DNA of 64,000 bases, taken from positions 64,001 to 128,000 of the forward strand of contig JBBQZX010000011.1 of NCBI GenBank assembly GCA_038207335.1, given 5' to 3'. Under the pieces are notes generated by a model. The model was not told the DNA's origin, searched no databases, and worked only from the letters and a program-made list of their open reading frames with translations. This document shows positions 48,670 to 57,810 of this stretch, piece by piece. This DNA comes from Chthoniobacterales bacterium (GTDB lineage Bacteria > Verrucomicrobiota > Verrucomicrobiia > Chthoniobacterales > Chthoniobacteraceae). The first letter of the stretch is position 1. The number at the start of each line of letters is the position of its first letter. Both the position numbers and the translations under genes were made by a program.

Positions 48670-49641
48670 ATGGAAAGGAGACCGAAATCTACTCAGGCTC
48701 CGCTGGCGGTGATCCCTGCGACCGAAGCGTCGGCGTTACTCGAAAAGCCGCGACACGCGGATCAGCGACTCGTTTGCCGCGCGATCGGCTATCTGGGGTT
48801 GCTCACGCTGCTATTCATTCAGCCGCTGACTCGCCTGATGATCCATGCGATCGGGACCGAGCTACATTCGCACATCGTCCTAGTGCCGCTTATTTTCGCT
48901 TACTTGCTTTACCTCCGACGTGGCCAACTGCCAACCCGTGCCCGCCGCTCGAATGGGGGAGCGATGCTGCTGACGGTTACCGGTCTCGCGGCCTTGCTCG
49001 CTGGATTCGCGTTCCGCGCCAGCCTGAGTCTCAACGACGATCTCGGCCTGATGGCGCTCTCGTATGTCTGCATGGTTGCGGCAGGCGGCTTTTTCTTTTT
49101 CGGCACACGCTGGATGGCCGCAGCCGCTTTTCCGTTCGTGTTCCTCATCTTCATGGTGCCCTTGCCGGACGGCGCGGTGAACTGGCTCGAGACGGCTTCC
49201 AAGCTGGCCTCGGCGGACGCTACGGATTGGTTCTTCAACCTGACCGGCACCCCCGTGTTGCGAGATCGGACGGTGTTCCAACTGCCCGGCATGGTGATCG
49301 AGGTCGCGCAGGAATGCAGCGGAATTCGCTCGAGCTGGGTGCTCTTCATCACCAGCCTGCTGGCCTCGCATCTCTTCCTGAAAAGCCCGTGGCGGCAGGC
49401 GCTGCTAGTGGCGTTCGTGATCCCGCTGGGAATCCTGCGGAACGGGTTCCGGATTCTGGTCATTGGGTTGCTTTGTGTTCATGTCGGACCGCACATGATT
49501 GACAGCCCCATTCATCACCGGGGTGGCCCGTTCTTTTTCGCACTTTCGTTAATCCCTTTTTTCGCGTTTCTGTGGTGGCTGCGTCGGGGCGATGCCGGAG
49601 AAAAAGGGGCGGTCGCCGCGGCAGACGATGAGGTTCGATGA
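48670..49641 (+). CDS. Exosortase (EpsH family)
   Basis: Multi-TM; SHIVLVP, FMVPLP, catalytic-triad-like EVAQECSGIRS (Cys), NGFRI (Arg), IHHRGG (His). Confidence 0.93.
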   Translation: MERRPKSTQAPLAVIPATEASALLEKPRHADQRLVCRAIGYLGLLTLLFIQPLTRLMIHAIGTELHSHIVLVPLIFAYLLYLRRGQLPTRARRSNGGAMLLTVTGLAALLAGFAFRASLSLNDDLGLMALSYVCMVAAGGFFFFGTRWMAAAAFPFVFLIFMVPLPDGAVNWLETASKLASADATDWFFNLTGTPVLRDRTVFQLPGMVIEVAQECSGIRSSWVLFITSLLASHLFLKSPWRQALLVAFVIPLGILRNGFRILVIGLLCVHVGPHMIDSPIHHRGGPFFFALSLIPFFAFLWWLRRGDAGEKGAVAAADDEVR

Positions 49642-49762
49642 ATAGGACGTCGCGTTGCCGGACTGGCGCTCCGTGTTTCGGGAGTGGCATCGCTGATATT
49701 CGGGGATTTGAATTCGCTTTGGCCAACGATTGCCTCAGACTGCGGCACTTTCATCCATCAAT

Positions 49763-50368
49763 ATGACTTTGAACTTTCAATCCGTCCCCCTCAGCATTTT
49801 TCGGGGGTTGGTTGCAATTGTCCTACTGGCCAGTGTGGGTTGCGTGGGGCCGTCCGTCGGAGGCACCCCGGAGGAGCCTGCCGCAGAGATTTCAAAAGCA
49901 CTCGGTCCGGGTGATATCCTCAAGATATCGTTCCCCGGCACGCCGGAGCTGAATTCCTCTCCAAAAATTCGGTTGGACGGCAAGGTCAGCCTGCCTCTTA
50001 TCGGGGAGGTCGAGGTGGCAGGCAAGACGGTGGAACAGTTGCACAAGGATCTCACCGACCGATACGCTTCGCAGTTGCAGAATAAGGAGGTGATCGTGGG
50101 TCTGGAGGCGAGCGCCGAGGCTGTTTATGTATCGGGTGCGGTCAACAAGCCGGGGAAGATCCTCCTCGACCGGCCAATGACTGCCCTCGATGCCATTATG
50201 GAATCAGGCGGGGTGAGCGAGTTTGGAAGTCTAAAAAAGGTGCATGTAGTCCGGGTGGTGAACGGCGAGCACAGAACTGAATACTTAAGCCTGTCGCCGA
50301 TCCTGAGTGGAAAGACTACGAAGGCCTACTACCTCAAGGCGGGCGACGTGGTTTACGTTCCGAATTAG
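49763..50368 (+). CDS. Short polysaccharide export (OPX/Wza-like) lipoprotein
   Basis: Lipobox LASVGC; LGPGDILKI, RLDGKVSLPLIGEV (PES motif); SLBB; ends LKAGDVVYVPN. Confidence 0.9.
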   Translation: MTLNFQSVPLSIFRGLVAIVLLASVGCVGPSVGGTPEEPAAEISKALGPGDILKISFPGTPELNSSPKIRLDGKVSLPLIGEVEVAGKTVEQLHKDLTDRYASQLQNKEVIVGLEASAEAVYVSGAVNKPGKILLDRPMTALDAIMESGGVSEFGSLKKVHVVRVVNGEHRTEYLSLSPILSGKTTKAYYLKAGDVVYVPN

Positions 50369-50542
50369 CCTGCGAGAACTTCCAGCCAGACGAAGGCTTC
50401 TTCCTGCGCCGGTTTTTGGATGCTGATAACTCCATCGGTTGGGCCATTCATTGCATCCCGTATGCCCGATCGTCCAATAGGAGATTTCGAGTGATTCTGT
50501 GGCGAGACAACCGGAACCCCCGTTTTCCGGCGCCGGTTGAAT

Positions 50543-51151
50543 TTACTGAGTTACAATCCGGTAGAATCTCTGGTCCACCAACGCCGCGTCCGGGTCTGAG
50601 ACCACCATGGTGCCGGTCGGGTTCGGCACATCCATCAGCAACGTCCAGTTCACCAGATCATCTGAGAATTCAATGCTCATCGCGGGTGTGTCTAATTGAT
50701 TGCGCATCGCAGAGGTGTCTGTGAAATTCGCCGAGATGGTGAGGATGAACTGAACGCTGCCATCGGGCAGACGTTGCAGCGCGCTGATCGCTGCCGGAGG
50801 TTGGGGCGGTCCGGGCGGCGGTGTCAGGGCGGCGGTGAAGTTGATCTCGTTTGAGGGAAGGCTTTCCAGAGCGTCGGTGTTGTAGGCGGTCACGACGAAG
50901 AAATATGTGCTCCCGGGCGTCAGATCCGTTAGCGTGGTGGAGGTTACATTTCCAGGGTCGATGGTGTCCGTGTAATTCCGGCTGGAAGTTCCATAACGAA
51001 CTATGTAGCCCGCAATATCGGGCTCGAAATTGGGATCCCAAGCAAGAGTCACGCTCTCACCGGCCTGCGCGAGGCAGAATGAGGAAAAGGAAAGCAGTAG
51101 CGGGAGCAGCTCTCGAAAGAGCGCTCGTCGAATGGGGAGGCAGAAGCTCAC
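50543..51151 (-). CDS. Secreted fibronectin type III protein with SxDLxxW...RFYR C-terminal domain
   Basis: Signal peptide; VTLAWD...GY...LTPGSTYFFVVTAYN...ES..SNE; tail IEFSDDLVNW...QRFYRIV. Confidence 0.85.
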   Translation of the reverse strand: MSFCLPIRRALFRELLPLLLSFSSFCLAQAGESVTLAWDPNFEPDIAGYIVRYGTSSRNYTDTIDPGNVTSTTLTDLTPGSTYFFVVTAYNTDALESLPSNEINFTAALTPPPGPPQPPAAISALQRLPDGSVQFILTISANFTDTSAMRNQLDTPAMSIEFSDDLVNWTLLMDVPNPTGTMVVSDPDAALVDQRFYRIVTQ

Positions 51152-51187
51152 ATTAGAATATCGAATATCGCACCGTTTTTGCGTCCA

Positions 51188-52576
51188 TCAATTGGGCTGG
51201 GTCAGAGGGAGAAGATCGAAGCGACCGGTTGTTTTCAGGCCTCGGAAATACCCCGCGCCAGCACCCCGCTTCTGGAAGATCACTCCTCGAATCGCATGCG
51301 GTTTTCCGTCGGCGGGATGGAGCAACGAGCCGGTAATGCGACCGCTTGTCGGGTTGATGGAAATCCTCAAGCGCTCGTCGCCTGTGCTCAGAAGTTTGCC
51401 GGACATTACCGTCGGAGTGGAGAGAGGACAGGTCAGCACCGCGGAAAGATCACCGCTGCTCAGAATCGCCGCGAGCGGTGTCGCAATCCTAGCTTGCGCC
51501 CCCTGCGCAGGCGACGCCTTTAGAAAGCGCGACAACTGGGCTGAAACCATCCCTTCAAACCCGTCCCTGTAAAACGGCGCTTTTGCCTGCGGCGGCTTCA
51601 GCCAGAGGAGCTGGCCGTCCCCATCACTGATGCCGGGGGTGTCGTGCACGGAAATATCGCCTGCGAGAAACCCTTTCGCGGCATGATACAAGAGAGTGTG
51701 AAGAGTGAAATGCCCGTCGGCTTTCAACGTCGAAACCGCCGAGAAGGCCTGCGCGTCGGCGAGTTGCCCGGCGAGACGGACGGACCCGTTCTTGCCGATC
51801 ACGAGATTGGCAAAGCCGCTGGCATCGGGAAGGTCGCCCGAGGCGGGTGACGGTTCACCCCCTGCGGAAAATGGGCTGCCCAGCGTGATCGTGTAGGTCC
51901 CCGCCTGCAGCGCCGCATTGGCCCTCGAAAACGTGGCCGTCGTAAGGCTGATAGTGGCCACGCTCAATCCGTCGCCAAAGACCGCCGAAATCGAATTTCC
52001 ATCCAGACCCACTTGCAGCGCAAGCGTCCAAGACGGCTGACTTCGGAAGAGCACAGTCGCCGTTCCGTCAGGGGAAAGCTTACCCCGGACCGTAGTAATC
52101 GATCCTCCTACCATGATGCGTCCCGAGAAAAGCCCCCCCTTGGAAACGAGAAGCTCAAGTGACGCGTTCAACCCGGTGCTTCCCGGAACATTCTGGAAGT
52201 TGGCACCACTGAAGCGACCCTTGACCTTTGGCGGAACCGCCGGGGGAGTTTGGAGCGAGACCTCGTTCGACAACAGGCTTTCAAGACCTGCGGTGTTGTA
52301 GGCGGTCACTGCGAAAAAATACGTGCTGCCTGCTTTCAAATTTGAGACGGAGGCGACAGTCGTGTTCTCAACGTCGATTACGTCCGAATAATCGCCGCTG
52401 GCGTTCCCGTAATAGAGCCGATAGCCGGCGATGTCCGCGTCGGGGCTGGCGTCCCATGCGAGGCTGACGTTTTCCGAGGCGGTCGAATGCGTGGCCGCAC
52501 CCAGAATCAGCAGGATGCAGATGCCGGCAGCGAACGCTCGCCACGTCCGGTTGCATTTCTGGAGATAATTCTTCAC
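51188..52576 (-). CDS. Secreted fibronectin type III protein with Gly-rich beta-strand C-terminal domain (start may be 52666)
   Basis: GTG at 52576 after GGAAGG; signal peptide; FN3 similar to the neighbouring gene; ~330-aa Gly-rich beta region ending GAGYF...TGRFDLLP. Confidence 0.82.
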   Translation of the reverse strand: MKNYLQKCNRTWRAFAAGICILLILGAATHSTASENVSLAWDASPDADIAGYRLYYGNASGDYSDVIDVENTTVASVSNLKAGSTYFFAVTAYNTAGLESLLSNEVSLQTPPAVPPKVKGRFSGANFQNVPGSTGLNASLELLVSKGGLFSGRIMVGGSITTVRGKLSPDGTATVLFRSQPSWTLALQVGLDGNSISAVFGDGLSVATISLTTATFSRANAALQAGTYTITLGSPFSAGGEPSPASGDLPDASGFANLVIGKNGSVRLAGQLADAQAFSAVSTLKADGHFTLHTLLYHAAKGFLAGDISVHDTPGISDGDGQLLWLKPPQAKAPFYRDGFEGMVSAQLSRFLKASPAQGAQARIATPLAAILSSGDLSAVLTCPLSTPTVMSGKLLSTGDERLRISINPTSGRITGSLLHPADGKPHAIRGVIFQKRGAGAGYFRGLKTTGRFDLLPLTQPN

Positions 52577-52831
52577 CCTTCCCGTAAGAGCAGCCGCGAT
52601 ACCCGACGATGAAAATTGTCGAGTTTGCCGTTTTCCCTTTGTGGCGACGCCGAAAACTGTGGGCATTGAGAGGGCGCGGATCCGGCTCGCTCAACTTGGT
52701 CTGACTGAGGACTCGCAGAAAACTACGTCGTCCGTGTATCGTTCGCACAGGACCGTGACCGGCTCGTCTTGACGATGTCCAGACGCCGGTTCAGGCAGTA
52801 GATTTTTCCTGCCACACTCTTCCTTTAGTTG

Positions 52832-54952
52832 ATGAATTCGAATTCCCTCGTCGCCTTCTTAGCAGCGACTTTCAGTGGCACCTTGGCCGCTGCCTTGATC
52901 ATCCGCCGGAGGCACTCGATCGCCAGTTGGTGTTTCATCGCCGGGATTGGGACACTGGCGCTGGAAAGCGCGTTAAGCGGCCTGAGCATGCAGACTGAAC
53001 TGCCCGCCAACGTCGATTACTGGCAGACGCTCGCCTTGGTGATGGGATCGCTAATGCCCGGTCTCTGGCTGTGCTTCAGCCTCACCTATTCGCGTGGGAA
53101 CTACGCGGAATTCCTGGTCAAGTGGCGGTTCGTTCTCATCGTGGTTTTCCTCCTCCCAATTGGATTATCGCTCGGCTTTTGGAACGAGCTGATTGCGGTT
53201 TTGCCCCTCACCGCCCCGGCGCACGGGTGGTGGCTTAAGATCGGGATGCCGGCGAAAGCCTTGCACGTGCTGCTCTTGATCGCCACGGTGCTCGTTCTAG
53301 TCAATCTCGAAGGCACTTTCCGCTCGGCTGTAGGGATGATGCGCTGGCGGATCAAGTTTGTGATTCTCGGGCTTGGCGTGGTTTTTGCCGCCAGAATCTA
53401 CACGCGGAGCCAGGCGCTGCTCTTTTCGGGAAATACGCTCGATTTGACGGTGGTCGATTCATGCGGGCTGCTCATCGGGTGCGCGATGATTGCCGTTGCC
53501 TACGCCCGAGGGGGGTTGGCGAATATCGTGGACGTCTATCCGTCACGAGCCGTGTTGCAGAGTTCCGTCACGGTGATCCTGGTCGGCGCTTATTTGACGA
53601 TCGTCGGGGTGCTGGCGCAGGTGATCGGCGAGTTCGGAGGGGGGGCGGCAAGCTTCCCGGCCCAAGCGTTCGTGCTCCTTTTGGCGGTGGCGCTGCTAGG
53701 CGTGCTCCTTTTGTCCGATCGTCTCCGGCAGAGGACTCGGCGATTCGTGAGTCTCCATCTGCGCAGGCCGGAGCACGATTACCGCAAGGTTTGGACGGAA
53801 TTTACGCGGGGGCTTTCCAATGTCGCGAACGAATCCGACCTTTGCGCCGCAGCCGCGAAATCGATTTCAAATACGTTCGACGTCTTGTCCGTCACCATCT
53901 GGTTGGTCGATGACCAGAAAGATCGGCTAGTCCTCGGGGCCACCACGTCTCAATTTCGGCGCGCAGCCGCCGAAACCGCGACGGGTCTGGCGGAGTGCTC
54001 CTCGATTCTCGGCGGGTTGCGGAAGCACCTCGAACCGTTCGACTTGGAGAAGACGAAGGAGGACTGGGGAGGAGCGTTGAGAGAGGCGTGCCCGACTCAA
54101 TTTCCACATGGCGGGAATCGCCTCGCTGTGCCGCTCGTGGCGGGAAACCGACATCTGGGCTGCGCAGTGCTTGCGGATCGAGTCAATGGTCTGCGGTATA
54201 GCGCGGAGGAAGCGGACCTGCTGAAGTGCATCGGAGAACAGGTGGCTGCGTCCATCCTGAACCTGCGGCTCACGAAAGAGCTAATGGCAGGAAAAGAGCT
54301 TGAGGCCTTTCAGACGATGTCAGCGTTCTTCGTGCATGACCTGAAAAATGCCGCATCCAGCCTCAGCCTCATGCTGCAGAATTTGCCGGTGCATTTCAAT
54401 GACCCCACGTTCCGGGAGGATGCCCTGCGCGGAATTGCCGCGACAGTGGGCCGTATCAACCATCTCATCGAACGCCTGAGCGCATTACGTCGCAAACTCG
54501 AGGTCAGTCCCGTCGAATCGGACCTGAATCAACTGGTCGCCGAGACACTAAACAGCTTGAACGGCATGCCGGGTGTGGAATTCGTGCAAGATCTTCATCA
54601 TCTACCCAATTTTCCCGCCGATCGGGAACTGCTACAAAGCGTCATCACCAATCTCCTTCTCAATGCCGGCGACGCTGTTGGCTCGGCAGGCCGGATCACG
54701 ATCCAAACCCAACAGCGGGACGGCCTTGCTATTCTGTCCGTCTCCGATACGGGATGCGGAATGAGCGCGGCTTTCATGACAGACTCCCTTTTCCGTCCCT
54801 TTCAAACCACCAAGAAGAAAGGTCTCGGCATCGGCATGTTCCAATCCAAAATGATCGTTGAAGCGCACCGTGGCAGCATTCAGGTGGAGAGTGAATCCGG
54901 GAAAGGCACCACTTTTCGCGTCTTTCTGCCACTTCAACCGGAGGCCCTATGA
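52832..54952 (+). CDS. prsK: PEP-CTERM system histidine kinase
   Basis: Multi-TM N-terminus with RWRIKF, HDYRKVW, GAF region, FFVHDLKN (phospho-His), DTGCGM, PFQTTKKKGLGIG. Confidence 0.93.
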   Translation: MNSNSLVAFLAATFSGTLAAALIIRRRHSIASWCFIAGIGTLALESALSGLSMQTELPANVDYWQTLALVMGSLMPGLWLCFSLTYSRGNYAEFLVKWRFVLIVVFLLPIGLSLGFWNELIAVLPLTAPAHGWWLKIGMPAKALHVLLLIATVLVLVNLEGTFRSAVGMMRWRIKFVILGLGVVFAARIYTRSQALLFSGNTLDLTVVDSCGLLIGCAMIAVAYARGGLANIVDVYPSRAVLQSSVTVILVGAYLTIVGVLAQVIGEFGGGAASFPAQAFVLLLAVALLGVLLLSDRLRQRTRRFVSLHLRRPEHDYRKVWTEFTRGLSNVANESDLCAAAAKSISNTFDVLSVTIWLVDDQKDRLVLGATTSQFRRAAAETATGLAECSSILGGLRKHLEPFDLEKTKEDWGGALREACPTQFPHGGNRLAVPLVAGNRHLGCAVLADRVNGLRYSAEEADLLKCIGEQVAASILNLRLTKELMAGKELEAFQTMSAFFVHDLKNAASSLSLMLQNLPVHFNDPTFREDALRGIAATVGRINHLIERLSALRRKLEVSPVESDLNQLVAETLNSLNGMPGVEFVQDLHHLPNFPADRELLQSVITNLLLNAGDAVGSAGRITIQTQQRDGLAILSVSDTGCGMSAAFMTDSLFRPFQTTKKKGLGIGMFQSKMIVEAHRGSIQVESESGKGTTFRVFLPLQPEAL

Positions 54953-56316
54953 AACCCACTTTGCTCATCGTGGACGATGACGAGGAAATCCGGACCCAGA
55001 TGAAGTGGGCGCTTTGCCAGGACTACGAAATCGCCATGGCCGAAGACCGCGCCGGAGCTCTGAAAGCCTTCCAAGCCAGACAGCCTGCGGTGACCATGCT
55101 GGATCTGGGCTTGCCACCCAATCCAAATTCCCCCGACGAGGGACTGGCGGTCCTTTCCGCCATCCTGGAGATGGACAAGGATGCGAAGGTCATCATCGTT
55201 TCTGGACAGGCCGAAAAAAAGAACGCACTCCGCGCGGTGGGCGCCGGTGCTTACGATGTGCTCGGCAAGCCGGTGGAGATTGAGGAGGTGAAACTTCTGC
55301 TTCGTCGGTGCTTTTATGTCGCAGAACTCGAGCGGGAGTATCACGACATGCAGCGGTCTGCCGGCCCCGATTCCTTCGAGGGAATTCTGGGAAGCAGTGC
55401 GCAAATGCGAGGCGTATTCGCCCTGCTTCGCAAAGTGGCACCCACCAGCGCCCCGGTGCTCCTACTTGGCGAAAGCGGGACGGGCAAGGAACTGGCCGCG
55501 CTGGCCATTCATCGGCGCAGCAGCCGCAAGGACGCGCCGTTTGTCCCGATCAATTGCAACGCCATCCCGGAAAACCTCCTCGAAAGCGAGCTTTTCGGCC
55601 ATGAAAAGGGCTCCTTCACCGGCGCGCACGCATCCCGCCAGGGGCTCGTGGAAAGCGCCGAGGGCGGCACCCTTTTCCTCGATGAGATCGGCGAGTTGCC
55701 CGCGGTGATTCAGGTGAAGATGCTCCGCTTCCTCCAGGAGCGCACCTTCCAGCGGGTCGGAGGACGCAAGGATCTCAAAAGCGATGCCCGGATCGTAGCG
55801 GCCACCAACGCGGATTTGAAGCAGTTGATGTCGGAGGGGAAGTTTCGTGAGGACTTGTTTTTCCGGCTGTCGGTCGTCGCGATCCTCCTGCCGCCCCTCC
55901 GCGAACGCGGGGACGACATTGGGCTTCTCGCGAACGAGTTCCTGCAACGATTCGCCACGCAAAACGGCAAAAAGGCGCTCAGCTTCGCCCCGGACACGTT
56001 ACGAGCGATCAATCTCCATCCGTGGCCAGGAAACATCCGCGAGTTGCAGAACGCGATCCAGCGGGCGGTGATCATGGCGGAAGGAAAACGCATCACGATC
56101 GAGGACATGGAATTGAACGCCGCCCTTGGAGTAGTGCCCGCGGCGACGCTCAAGGAAGCGCGGGAAGCTGTGGAGCGCGAAATGGTCAAACAGGCTTTGA
56201 AACGCCATGCGGGCAAAATTACCCCTGCGGCGGCAGAGCTCGGGATCAGCCGGCCGACTTTTTATGAATTGATGGAAAAGCTGGGGATCAAGAAGCGGGA
56301 GGATGATCGGGACTGA
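54949..56316 (+). CDS. prsR: PEP-CTERM system sigma-54 response regulator
   Basis: Receiver LIVDDD and LDLGLPP; GESGTGKE; GSFTGA; LFLDEIG; WPGNIREL; Fis-type HTH LGISRPT. Confidence 0.93.
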   Translation: MKPTLLIVDDDEEIRTQMKWALCQDYEIAMAEDRAGALKAFQARQPAVTMLDLGLPPNPNSPDEGLAVLSAILEMDKDAKVIIVSGQAEKKNALRAVGAGAYDVLGKPVEIEEVKLLLRRCFYVAELEREYHDMQRSAGPDSFEGILGSSAQMRGVFALLRKVAPTSAPVLLLGESGTGKELAALAIHRRSSRKDAPFVPINCNAIPENLLESELFGHEKGSFTGAHASRQGLVESAEGGTLFLDEIGELPAVIQVKMLRFLQERTFQRVGGRKDLKSDARIVAATNADLKQLMSEGKFREDLFFRLSVVAILLPPLRERGDDIGLLANEFLQRFATQNGKKALSFAPDTLRAINLHPWPGNIRELQNAIQRAVIMAEGKRITIEDMELNAALGVVPAATLKEAREAVEREMVKQALKRHAGKITPAAAELGISRPTFYELMEKLGIKKREDDRD

Positions 56317-56647
56317 GCACCGGCGGTAATGCACCCTTTTTAAGAGAGGCGTGAATTCTCTGTAAGAGCGACTGAACCGCTGCGGAGCGAAGGCGGATTG
56401 ATCACACCCAATTCGAAGCATTTCAGGATGACGGCCACTTCTGTGTACTTGAGACTTATCGGCGCCCTCCGAGGACGCCTTTTTCAGGCCCGCGGAAGCG
56501 TGAGATTTGATCTGGAAGTCAGCCGCAAGCCGCTTATTGCGTCGGATTTTGGCGCGTCGCGGCGCGCACCACATCGTCTCCGCCCCGATGGGATCAACAG
56601 GCTTAGAAACCCGGACGGGCTAAGGAATTGACGGAAATCCAAACTAC

Positions 56648-56664
56648 TGTCGGCGTTTTTTACA
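56648..56664 (+). promoter_or_regulatory. Candidate PrsR upstream activator site
   Basis: TGTCGGCGTTTTTTACA (TGT-N11-ACA); similar copy at 61564. Confidence 0.65.
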
Positions 56665-56786
56665 CTTTCTTGTTAGAGGCGACCCACCGCACGAAAATGA
56701 ATAAAAAATTTCGAAAATTGTTAATATCTGGTTTTGAGACAGTTACGATTTTTAAAAACATCAGGAGGCGCGTGAAAAAACGAGGG

Positions 56787-56801
56787 TGGCATGCGAGGTG
56801 C
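56787..56801 (+). promoter_or_regulatory. Sigma-54 (-24/-12) promoter
   Basis: TGGCATGCGAGGTGC, GG-N10-GC spacing, starting 90 bp before the ATG. Confidence 0.75.
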
Positions 56802-56876
56802 TAAAACTCAAAATGCCGGATCTGCAAGGCGCTCAAAGGAACAAACTGAAAACAACAAACTAAGATTAACAAAAGC

Positions 56877-57476
56877 ATGAAAACATTCTACAAAATGGCA
56901 ATGGTGATCGGGGCTCTCACGCTGTGTGCATCCGAATCTCAGGCAGTACCAATTTACGGAGAAGTCATTTTTACTGGCACCGGGACGATGAAGTTGGGTG
57001 CAGCAGACTCAACTGCGGCTTTGGGGGACGGGATTACTTTCACGAACCCTGTCGTAGTCCAAACTGCGATCTCCACTGGGAGCTACGATAGTATCAGCTT
57101 GGGAACAACTGCGACGTTCACCAACTTGGTCGGAGGGTCGGCGATCGGTGTCGTGAGTACCGTCGGTCCGTTGGCGGTCAGCCCATTTTGGACATTCATA
57201 GATGGCGGCACCACATATTCGTTCGAGTTGACGTCGGTGACCATGAACATGCTCTCGGGCAGTCAGCGAGTCGTCGAAGGACAAGGAATTGCCAGTATTT
57301 CTGGTGGTAGCTACACTCCCACCTTTGGGACTTGGCAGTTGAGCACTTCAGGATCTAGCTCAAGAATTTCGTTCTCATCAGCCACGTCCGTTCCCGATGG
57401 CGGGTCTACCGTTGCCTTGCTGGGCATGACGGTGGTGGGGTTGGGAGTTTTGCGCCGGAAGTTGGCAATGGCTTAA
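56877..57476 (+). CDS. VPDSG/PEP-CTERM sorting-domain protein
   Basis: Signal peptide; Ser/Thr/Gly-rich; C-terminal VPDGGSTVALLGMTVVGLGVLRRK. Confidence 0.93.
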   Translation: MKTFYKMAMVIGALTLCASESQAVPIYGEVIFTGTGTMKLGAADSTAALGDGITFTNPVVVQTAISTGSYDSISLGTTATFTNLVGGSAIGVVSTVGPLAVSPFWTFIDGGTTYSFELTSVTMNMLSGSQRVVEGQGIASISGGSYTPTFGTWQLSTSGSSSRISFSSATSVPDGGSTVALLGMTVVGLGVLRRKLAMA

Positions 57477-57500
57477 GTAATTGATTTCAAAATAATGTTG

Positions 57501-57540
57501 ACCGGGCAGAGGACGGAGTCCTCTGCCCGGTTTGTTTGTT
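57501..57540 (+). terminator. Rho-independent terminator
   Basis: 14-bp stem ACCGGGCAGAGGAC/GTCCTCTGCCCGGT, 3-nt loop, T-rich tail. Confidence 0.85.
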
Positions 57541-57810
57541 GATGGATGGTCTCATTGCGCTCGGAAAAGGCATCATGGTTCGGCTCGGGGATTGATCGAC
57601 GCTCTCTGCCGCGTCGCGGTTGCGTCGCGCACAAGCTTGATGGAGGATCGCTGAGCACTCTGCGGTGTAGCCGAGGCATAACCTCTCACAGCGGAGCTTG
57701 ACGAAACCCACGCTCCAGAATTACTCCAAACCCGTCAGAAGCGGGTATCCTTCGCTCTGCTTCTCAATGGACTTTGGGAAAACCTTGGCTTCCATGAAGG
57801 TGCCTGCCAA

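Noticed and set aside
49718..49735. Sigma-54-like TGGCCAACGATTGC upstream of the OPX gene
   Set aside because: GG-to-GC spacing is 9, not the required 10.
56317..56640. Long intergenic region and 77-aa ORF after prsR; possible ncRNA
   Set aside because: No recognisable RNA family, strong structure or coding signal.
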